Below, piece by piece: positions 25,312-32,000 of a stretch of 32,000 bases of DNA (position 1 is its first letter; each line of letters opens with the position of its first letter). The notes under the pieces were generated by a model. That model saw only the letters and a program-made list of their open reading frames with translations. It searched no databases and was not told the origin of the DNA. Position numbers and translations under genes: made by a program. Source of the DNA: an uncultured Opitutales bacterium (GTDB lineage Bacteria > Verrucomicrobiota > Verrucomicrobiia > Opitutales > Intestinicryptomonadaceae). The stretch covers positions 1-32,000 of the forward strand of contig CAKUIA010000012.1 of assembly GCA_934660865.1 (NCBI GenBank), given 5' to 3'.

Positions 25312-25620
25312 CTAGAACAAGCCGGGAATGCTAAAGCCGCCCGTAACCTTGCCCATTTGCTCTTCGCCCAAAGCCTTCGCCTTTGCCGCGGCTTCGTTAA
25401 TGGCTTCCAAAATTGCGCTTTCTACAACCTGGGCGTCTTCCTTCAAAAATTCGGGATCAAGCTTTATGGACTTTATTGCGCCGTGGCCGTTTGCGGTAAT
25501 TTTAACCGCTCCGCCGCCGCTGGAAACTTCAACCGTCTGGTTTTCGAGTTCGGCCTGAACGCCCTCCATGGCTTTTTGCATTTTTTGGGCCTGTTTTAAA
25601 AGTTTACCTACTCCTGGCAT
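25312..25620 (-). CDS. ybaB: Nucleoid-associated protein YbaB/EbfC
   Basis: 102 aa with LLKQAQKMQKAMEGVQAELENQTVEVSSGGGAVKITANG. AAGGAA lies 5 nt upstream of the ATG. It shows the canonical pairing with recR. Confidence 0.9.
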   Translation of the reverse strand: MPGVGKLLKQAQKMQKAMEGVQAELENQTVEVSSGGGAVKITANGHGAIKSIKLDPEFLKEDAQVVESAILEAINEAAAKAKALGEEQMGKVTGGFSIPGLF

Positions 25621-25644
25621 TTTATTTCCTTTTTTAATGTTTTG

Positions 25645-27078
25645 TTAGTTAGTGTGTTTAATTGTAATCAAAGTCATATCGTCGGCGTAAGAATATGTTG
25701 CGCCGCAAAAACGCTGAACGTCCAACAGAATGTCGGTATTTATGTCGGCGGCGCTTTCGTTGGCTACGCTTGCAATCGACTTTTCCAGCCTTTCGGCGGT
25801 AAATTCGCCGCCGTTTTTGCTTAGCGATTCGGTTATGCCGTCGGTATACATAACAAGCACCGCCGATTTCTCGAACGCAATGGTTTTGTCTTCTATAACC
25901 GTATCGAATATTTCCGAATCGACCATGCCTACCGCCATTCCCGAACTTTTAATTTTCATCGATTCGAAGTCGGTTGTGCTTTTGTCGAACAACAACGCCG
26001 GTTCGTGCCCCGCCCTTGCCAATGTTATAACCGAATTTTTCGTGTCTATAACGGCGTATATCATTGTAATGAACATATCCTCGCGCATCAGGGGCATAAT
26101 GTCGGCATTAAGGGCTTTTAAGGCCTCGGCCGGGCTTTCGTGGCGGGGGGCAATTTCGCGCAATTTTGTCTGGGTAATTGCCATTATCATTGCAGCCGAC
26201 ACCCCTTTGCCCGAAACGTCGGCAATTACAACGCCGAGCTTTTGGTTTTTAAGCTCTATAAAATCGTAGAAATCGCCGCCTATGCACTGTTGCGGAACAT
26301 ACCTTACGGCAAAGTCGTAGCCGTCTATTTCGGGCATTTGTTGCGGCAGCAAATACCGCTGAACGCCGCTTGCCAATTTTAAATCGAAATTAAGGCGGTT
26401 TTTCTCGACGAGAACGTCCATGGTATTTGCGTTTGAAATGGCTATTGCCGCCTGGCTGGCTATGGCCTTTGCCAAAGAAAAGTCGTTTTGCGAAAATTTC
26501 TCGTCGCCCAAAGGATTTGCCAAAACCATAACCGCATTTGTTTTCGAGACAAAAAATATGGGCACATATATTATGCTGGTAATTTTTACGGGGCCAAAAG
26601 ACGACGATACAACCCTGTTGTCTTTTGCGGCGTCTTTAATAAAAAGCCCCTCGGCGCTGTTGCCAACTTGGCCTACAAGCCCCTCGTTTGCCGACAAAAC
26701 TTCGTCGGCAAAAACGGTGTTTATATATTGCGCCTTTGTGGAAAAGTCGTTTTTAAGGGGTCTTTGCGGGGGGAACAACCCTATGGTAACCGCGCTTTTC
26801 CAAGTGCCGTCGTCTTTGCGCTCGTAAATTCGGCCGCTTTGGGCTTTGGTTACGTCTACGGCAAGCTTTAGCGTGCGCCTGTAAATGTCGGGCACGCTTA
26901 TCGAGCCCTCCAAGTCGGAGGCAAGCTTGCGCATGCTTGCAATGGTTACGGTTCTTTCGTTTTTAAGGTCGTCGTTTATCTTGTACAGACGCGACATTTT
27001 CTTTCTTGCAATGCAGAGCCACGCGAGGGTAAAGACCCACGCAAACAGCATACCCAATGCAAAGAAAACGATATTCAT
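25645..27078 (-). CDS. Membrane-anchored GAF-domain PP2C/SpoIIE-family serine phosphatase (RsbU-like)
   Basis: N-terminal TM (NIVFFALGMLFAWVFTLAWLCIA) and a GAF-like middle region. The C-terminal PP2C domain has GGDFYDF, ADVSGKGVSAA and YTDGITE. The ORF track begins at GTG 27120 and would overlap the STAS gene. ATG 27078 is preferred but uncertain. Confidence 0.78.
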   Translation of the reverse strand: MNIVFFALGMLFAWVFTLAWLCIARKKMSRLYKINDDLKNERTVTIASMRKLASDLEGSISVPDIYRRTLKLAVDVTKAQSGRIYERKDDGTWKSAVTIGLFPPQRPLKNDFSTKAQYINTVFADEVLSANEGLVGQVGNSAEGLFIKDAAKDNRVVSSSFGPVKITSIIYVPIFFVSKTNAVMVLANPLGDEKFSQNDFSLAKAIASQAAIAISNANTMDVLVEKNRLNFDLKLASGVQRYLLPQQMPEIDGYDFAVRYVPQQCIGGDFYDFIELKNQKLGVVIADVSGKGVSAAMIMAITQTKLREIAPRHESPAEALKALNADIMPLMREDMFITMIYAVIDTKNSVITLARAGHEPALLFDKSTTDFESMKIKSSGMAVGMVDSEIFDTVIEDKTIAFEKSAVLVMYTDGITESLSKNGGEFTAERLEKSIASVANESAADINTDILLDVQRFCGATYSYADDMTLITIKHTN

Positions 27079-27109
27079 ATACAAAAGCAGTTTCGCAAAA
27101 AAAGCGGCG

Positions 27110-27583
27110 TTATTCAACACGCTTTTTCAGAAAAGCGATTACATCTTCAAATTTCTTGAGGTTTTCGGGGTTGGCGCTTACAAGCGACTCGTGCGCCGAA
27201 AGCATTTCGGCCTGCGCCGACGGCGAATTGGCAAGCGTGCTTTGGGCACCCCCCTCTTTTGGAGGGTTTCCTATTTCAAGAATTTTGTCGAGCCCCAGGT
27301 TTTGCACAACCTCCAAATTGCGGTCGGAAATATTGCTTAAAACAACTTTGCCGCCGCTTGGCCTAAGCCTTATTGCAAGCTTTGCAATTATGCCCAAAAA
27401 GGTGCTGTCTATGCCCGTGCACCCCGCAAAATCTATGTTTACAAGAGCCTTTTTGTCCCTCACAACGGCGTCGAAAAATTCCGAAACGCCCATGCAGTTG
27501 AGATAGCATGCGCGGCCGACAATCGCCAAAGCGGCGCCGTTGCCCTCCTCGCAAACCATAAACTTTGTATCCTCAACCGACAT
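27110..27583 (-). CDS. STAS-domain anti-sigma-factor-antagonist-like protein with C-terminal extension
   Basis: 157 aa. The STAS core has DFAGCTGIDSTFLGII, with a phosphorylatable Ser/Thr position, and VVLSNISDRNLEVVQNLGLDKILEI. An extra tail of about 50 aa follows. The ATG lies 3 nt after the acnA stop. Confidence 0.7.
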   Translation of the reverse strand: MSVEDTKFMVCEEGNGAALAIVGRACYLNCMGVSEFFDAVVRDKKALVNIDFAGCTGIDSTFLGIIAKLAIRLRPSGGKVVLSNISDRNLEVVQNLGLDKILEIGNPPKEGGAQSTLANSPSAQAEMLSAHESLVSANPENLKKFEDVIAFLKKRVE

Positions 27584-27586
27584 TTG

Positions 27587-30226
27587 CTATTTCAAAATTT
27601 TCTTTAATACGCACTGTAAAATGCCGCCGCAGTTATAGTAGTCTATTTCAACGGGGGTATCTATTCTAAGCAGCAAGTCGGCATAGTCTACGGCGCCGTT
27701 TTCGCGCTCTATTTTTAGCGTGGCTTTTGCCGCAACCTTTACGCCGCTTTCCAAACCCTGTATTGTAAACTTTTCGGAACCGTTAAGGTTTAAAGTGTCC
27801 GCATCGCAGCCCTCGGCAAATTCGAAAGGCAAAATGCCCATGCCCACAAGGTTGCTGCGGTGTATTCTTTCGTACGATTTTGCGATAACGGCCCTTACGC
27901 CCAAAAGGCTTGTGCCCTTTGCCGCCCAGTCGCGCGAGCTGCCCATGCCGTAGTCTTTGCCCGCAAACACAAGCAGGCCCTCGTTGTTTTGGGCATACTT
28001 TTGCGCCGCGTCGAAAATAAGAATGTCGTCGCCCTTGCCGTACATTTTGGTGTAGCCGCCCTCTTTGGGGGCAACAATCTTGTTCTTTATCCTTATGTTT
28101 GCAAAGGTGCCGCGGCACATAACGCGGTCGTTGCCCCTTCTGGAGCCGTAGGTGTTAAAGTCTTTTTGCGACAAACCCTTTTCGGTAAGGTAGCGTGCCG
28201 CGGCGCTGTCGGGCGAAATTGCGCCCGCCGGCGAAATGTGGTCGGTCGTTACGCTGTCGCCGAAAATCGCCAACGCCCTAAGGTCTTTAAGAGACTTTTT
28301 AGAATCGTCTTTTCCCTCGAAAAACGGAGGCTCTTGAATGTAGGTGCTGTCTTTGTTCCAGTTGAACACATTGCCCTTTGTGCTTTGCACTTGCTGCCAC
28401 AACTCGGGGCCTTTTAGGCTGGAATATTCCTTTTTAAAGAATTCGCTCTTTACGCATTTTGCAACGCATTCTTCGACCTCGGCCGAAGTCGGCAAAATGT
28501 CCTTTAAGAACACCTCTTTGCCGTCGGGCGAAACGCCCACGGGCTCTTTGTCGAAATCTATGTTTATTCTGCCTGCAAGGGCAAAGGCCACTACATATTG
28601 CGGCGTCATCAAATAATTTGCCTTTAACAGCGCGTGAACGCGGGCTTCAAAATTCCTGTTGCCCGAAAGCACGCTTGCGCAAACCAAATTGTTGTCTTTT
28701 ACGGCCCCGGTAATTTCGGCGTCTATAGGGCCGGAATTGCCTATGCAAGTGGCACAGCCGTAGCCCGCCAAATTAAAGCCAAGCTCGTCCAAATAAGTCT
28801 GCAAGCCCGCCTCTTTTAAATAGTCGCTTACAACCCTAGACCCGGGGGCCAAAGTCGTCTTTACATATTCGGGGGTTTTAAGCCCGAAAGCCCTTGCCTT
28901 TTTCGCCAACAAACCTGCGGCAACCAAAACCGACGGGTTCGACGTGTTTGTGCAGCTTGTTATTGCGGCAATCAAAACGCTGCCGTCCGAAATTTCGCCC
29001 TTCGAAGTTTTGGCTTTTTTATACTCCAAATTCGGGAAGCTTGCATTGAAGGCCTCTTTTGCCATGTTAAGCTCTATTTTGTCTTGCGGGCGCTTCGGGC
29101 CTGCTATTGCGGGCTTAATGTCGGCCAAATTTACATGCAAAACCTTTGTATAGTCGCAATCGCCCTCGCGCGGTATCGAGAACATTCCCTGCCTTGTGTA
29201 ATACTCTTTTATAAGGGAAACCAGCTCGTCGCTTCTGCCCGAAAGCTTCATATATTCCAAAGTTTTGTCGTCTACGGGGAAGTATCCCATAGTTGCTCCG
29301 TATTCGGGCGCCATATTCGCAACGGTTGCCCTGTCGGCAAGCGACAGTGTGCTGGCTCCCTCGCCGAAGTATTCCACAAACTTGCCCACAACCTTTTCGT
29401 CTCTTAAAAGCTTTGTCATGTGCAAGGCCAAGTCGGTTGCGGTTACCCCGTTCGAAAGCTTGCCCGACATACATACGCCCACAACTTCGGGCACTTTAAA
29501 GTATATGGGCTGGCCCAGCATGCCCGCTTCGGCCTCTATGCCGCCAACGCCCCAGCCTACAACACCAAGGCCGTTTATCATTGTAGTGTGCGAGTCGGTA
29601 CCGACCAAAGTATCGGGATATAGCACGTTTTTGCCGTTTTCGGATTTTTCGAAAACAAGCTTCGCCAAATATTCAAGGTTTACCTGGTGTATTATGCCCG
29701 TAGACGGCGGCACAACCGAAAATGTTTTAAACGCCTGCTGGCCCCACTTTAAAAATTCGTACCTTTCCTTGCCGCGCTTAAACTCCATTTCAAGATTCTT
29801 GGCATACGCGTCTTTTGTGCCGAAATAGTCCATCTGCACCGAGTGGTCTATAACCAGGTCTACGGGAACAAGCGGCTCTACCAAGTCGGGGTTTTTGCCC
29901 TGCCTTTGCGCATACGAGCGCATTGCGGCCAAGTCTACCAAAAGGGGAACGCCGGTTAAATCCTGCAAAACTATGCGCGAAACAACAAAGGGGATTTCGA
30001 AAGCCCCGGGGTTTTCGGCGTTCCAATTCGCCAAATTTTCGACGTCTTTTTCGCCGGCCAAACCGTTAAACGAGGCTCTCAGCACGCTTTCTAGCACAAT
30101 CTTTATGGAAATGGGCAGCCTTTTTACGTTGGGATACTTTTCGGCCAACTTTTCGAGGCTGTAAAAATACAAATCTTTGCCCGACTTTTCGGGAAACTTA
30201 ACTGCGCAATCTTTAATATCCGTCAT
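27587..30226 (-). CDS. acnA: Aconitate hydratase A (IRP-like monomeric aconitase)
   Basis: ORF 27587..30301, trimmed to ATG 30226 ([24 protein letters not shown]). It has [13 protein letters not shown] and the Fe-S Cys ligand motifs [10 protein letters not shown] and [11 protein letters not shown]. About 879 aa. Confidence 0.92.
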   Translation of the reverse strand: MTDIKDCAVKFPEKSGKDLYFYSLEKLAEKYPNVKRLPISIKIVLESVLRASFNGLAGEKDVENLANWNAENPGAFEIPFVVSRIVLQDLTGVPLLVDLAAMRSYAQRQGKNPDLVEPLVPVDLVIDHSVQMDYFGTKDAYAKNLEMEFKRGKERYEFLKWGQQAFKTFSVVPPSTGIIHQVNLEYLAKLVFEKSENGKNVLYPDTLVGTDSHTTMINGLGVVGWGVGGIEAEAGMLGQPIYFKVPEVVGVCMSGKLSNGVTATDLALHMTKLLRDEKVVGKFVEYFGEGASTLSLADRATVANMAPEYGATMGYFPVDDKTLEYMKLSGRSDELVSLIKEYYTRQGMFSIPREGDCDYTKVLHVNLADIKPAIAGPKRPQDKIELNMAKEAFNASFPNLEYKKAKTSKGEISDGSVLIAAITSCTNTSNPSVLVAAGLLAKKARAFGLKTPEYVKTTLAPGSRVVSDYLKEAGLQTYLDELGFNLAGYGCATCIGNSGPIDAEITGAVKDNNLVCASVLSGNRNFEARVHALLKANYLMTPQYVVAFALAGRINIDFDKEPVGVSPDGKEVFLKDILPTSAEVEECVAKCVKSEFFKKEYSSLKGPELWQQVQSTKGNVFNWNKDSTYIQEPPFFEGKDDSKKSLKDLRALAIFGDSVTTDHISPAGAISPDSAAARYLTEKGLSQKDFNTYGSRRGNDRVMCRGTFANIRIKNKIVAPKEGGYTKMYGKGDDILIFDAAQKYAQNNEGLLVFAGKDYGMGSSRDWAAKGTSLLGVRAVIAKSYERIHRSNLVGMGILPFEFAEGCDADTLNLNGSEKFTIQGLESGVKVAAKATLKIERENGAVDYADLLLRIDTPVEIDYYNCGGILQCVLKKILK

Positions 30227-30466
30227 AATCCGTCTCTTCGTTAAACAAATGTTCGTGTTCAAAAGAGGCCGCATTCCCAAAAATAACGGGAACTGCAACA
30301 CCCCTAAAAAGAGAGAACACCCTACTTTAATTTATCGTAAAAATCAAAGAAAAAATGGCCTTTTACAACATAAATTCAGGCAAAGCCAAAAAAGTCTTTA
30401 AAAAACGCAGCCGAGCTACAAAATTGTATTAAAGCGCAAAAATTTTGCACGGCATATAAAAAAATG

Positions 30467-30495
30467 TTGAAAACGGGCAAAATTCGACAATAATT
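30467..30495 (+). promoter_or_regulatory. Candidate sigma70-type promoter for yebC
   Basis: TTGAAA (30467-30472), 17-nt spacer, ATAATT (30490-30495). An AAAGGA ribosome-binding site precedes ATG 30534. Confidence 0.35.
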
Positions 30496-30533
30496 CAACT
30501 TTCTTTTTAAAAACAATGTAAAGGATAATTAAT

Positions 30534-31274
30534 ATGTCTGGACACAGTAAATGGGCAACAACTAAACGCCACAAGGCCGCAATAGACTCTAAAAGAGGCA
30601 AAATATTCAGCGCATTGAGCAAGGATATCACCCTCGCTGCAAGAGCCGGAGGCGGCGACCAAAACTTTAATCCCCGTCTTCGCACTTTGGTGCTAAAGGC
30701 GAAAGCTGCCAATATGCCTGCCGACAACATCGACAGAGCTATTAAAAAGGGTACGGGCGAAATCCCCGGCGTTGTTTACGAACAGTTGTTGTACGAAGGC
30801 TATGCTCCCGGCGGAGTAGGCATTATTGTGGAAGTTACAACCGAAAACAAAAACCGCGCCGTTGCCGACGTAAGGGCGGCATTTACAAAGAACGGCGGCA
30901 GCCTTGCAACACAGGGCGCATTGCAGTTTAACTTCAACAGACAGGGTCAATTTATAATCAACGCCGAAGACACCACCGAAGAAAAGCTTATGGACGTGGC
31001 TTTGGAGGCGGGCGCCGAAGACGTTAAAAACAACGGCGACGAATTTGAAGTTCTTTGCCCGGTTTCCGAATACGACAAGTTGGCAAAGGCTTTGGAAGAC
31101 GCAGGCATTAAATGCGCCGACTCGAACCTGTCGTGGATACCGACAACTTTGGTTCCGATAACCGACGCGGAAACCGCAAAGAAAGCCGTAAGGGTTGTAG
31201 AAGCTTTGGAGGACTTAGACGACGTTCAGAACGTTTACCCCAACTACGACTTAGACGACTCTTTGCTCGACTAA
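30534..31274 (+). CDS. yebC: YebC/PmpR-family DNA-binding transcriptional regulator
   Basis: 246 aa with the diagnostic N-terminus [26 protein letters not shown], then [14 protein letters not shown]. Confidence 0.92.
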   Translation: MSGHSKWATTKRHKAAIDSKRGKIFSALSKDITLAARAGGGDQNFNPRLRTLVLKAKAANMPADNIDRAIKKGTGEIPGVVYEQLLYEGYAPGGVGIIVEVTTENKNRAVADVRAAFTKNGGSLATQGALQFNFNRQGQFIINAEDTTEEKLMDVALEAGAEDVKNNGDEFEVLCPVSEYDKLAKALEDAGIKCADSNLSWIPTTLVPITDAETAKKAVRVVEALEDLDDVQNVYPNYDLDDSLLD

Positions 31275-31281
31275 TTGCTTT

Positions 31282-32000
31282 ATGGGTAAAACTCTATTCG
31301 AAAAGGTTTGGGAAAAACACACCGTCAGGCAGCTGCCCGACGGTTCCACCCAGCTGTTTATAGGCACGCACCTAATGCACGAGGTTACAAGCCCGCAGGC
31401 ATTCGGCATGCTTAGAACCTTGAAACTTAAAGTGCGCTACCCGAACCGCTCTTTTGCCACGGTAGACCACATTATTCCCACAACCGACACAAGCGAACCG
31501 TATGCCGACAAGTTGGCATACGAAATGCTCGAGCATATCCGCAAAAATTGCGCCGACAACAACATAAAGTTTTTCGACGTAAACACGGGCTGCCAGGGCG
31601 TAATACACATTGTTATGCCCGAACAGGGCATTATACAGCCCGGAATGACCGTTGCCTGCGGCGACAGCCACACGGCAACCCACGGCGCGTTCGGCGCGGT
31701 TGCTTTCGGCATAGGCACAACGCAGGTTCGCAACGTGTTGGCAACCCAAACGCTTTCCTTTAAAAAGCTAAAGGTAAGAAAGGTTGAAGTAAACGGCACG
31801 CTTAAAGACGGAGTTTACCCCAAAGATGTAGCACTTCACATAATACGCAAGCTTGGCGTAAACGGCGGCATAGGTTATGCCTACGAATTTGCCGGCGACG
31901 TGTTCGACAATATGTCGATGGAAGGCAGAATGACGGTTTGCAATATGGCCATAGAAGGCGGAGCAAGGGTCGGCTATGTAAACCCCGACCAAAAAACCTT
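31282..32000 (+). CDS. leuC: 3-isopropylmalate dehydratase large subunit; 3' end runs off the right window edge
   Basis: Absent from the ORF track because no stop is reached. My own translation from ATG 31282 gives [45 protein letters not shown], and later [12 protein letters not shown]. These are typical LeuC motifs. Confidence 0.88.
   Translation, partial: MGKTLFEKVWEKHTVRQLPDGSTQLFIGTHLMHEVTSPQAFGMLRTLKLKVRYPNRSFATVDHIIPTTDTSEPYADKLAYEMLEHIRKNCADNNIKFFDVNTGCQGVIHIVMPEQGIIQPGMTVACGDSHTATHGAFGAVAFGIGTTQVRNVLATQTLSFKKLKVRKVEVNGTLKDGVYPKDVALHIIRKLGVNGGIGYAYEFAGDVFDNMSMEGRMTVCNMAIEGGARVGYVNPDQKT

Noticed and set aside
30177-30730. Small ORFs 30177..30401 (+, 74 aa) and 30416..30730 (-, 104 aa) in or around the acnA-yebC intergenic region.
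   Set aside because: One overlaps the acnA start region and the other is antisense to the highly conserved yebC N-terminus. Neither has a ribosome-binding site, a recognisable motif or a plausible hydrophobic or structured pattern.
1-32000. Searched by eye for tRNA/rRNA/tmRNA-like structure, CRISPR repeat-spacer periodicity, terminal inverted repeats, integrase, transposase or phage genes, toxin-antitoxin pairs and known defence-system domains.
   Set aside because: None was found. Non-coding space is minimal, every sizeable ORF has a housekeeping or envelope assignment, and no direct or inverted repeat pair flanks any block. I therefore do not claim a mobile element or defence island.

Overview
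This window is compact, almost fully coding chromosomal DNA from a diderm (Gram-negative-type) bacterium. I call 29 protein-coding genes in six alternating strand blocks, two of them truncated by the window edges. I found no rRNA, tRNA, CRISPR array, transposase, integrase or phage gene. Most of the content is housekeeping: potABC (polyamine ABC importer), mreB-mreC-mreD-mrdA (elongasome), dsbD, lysA, panB, uppP, recR, ybaB, acnA, yebC and leuC. Many ORF-track entries begin at upstream alternative starts. I trimmed these to the start that matches the conserved N-terminus and the neighbouring stop codon. Gene junctions are very tight, including ATGA, TAG|ATG and TAATG overlaps. Most genes lack a Shine-Dalgarno sequence, but a few have a clear AAGGAG or AAGGA. 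I see no clear-cut new system such as a defence island. The two stretches most worth follow-up are envelope-related. The first (2891-8086) is an exosortase/archaeosortase-family membrane protein with a Cys/Arg/His triad. It is divergent from an ATP-grasp ligase and co-directional with a lone FAD oxidase, arnC and a stand-alone ArnA-type formyltransferase. No PEP-CTERM-like cargo is visible in the window. The second (16133-21471) is a translationally coupled trio: a 4HBT thioesterase, a GT-C (ArnT/PMT-like) membrane protein and a 1146-aa membrane-anchored AsmA-like protein. Secondary curiosities are listed here.
- A bacterial SET-domain protein with a basic tail overlaps panB.
- A kinase-less STAS plus GAF-PP2C partner-switching pair sits directly downstream of acnA.
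- The uppP product is expanded relative to typical homologues.
- A secreted protein sits where rodA usually follows mrdA.
- A phased T-tract and hairpin cluster lies at 2773-2882.
All functional calls come from motif recognition by eye. No database search was run.
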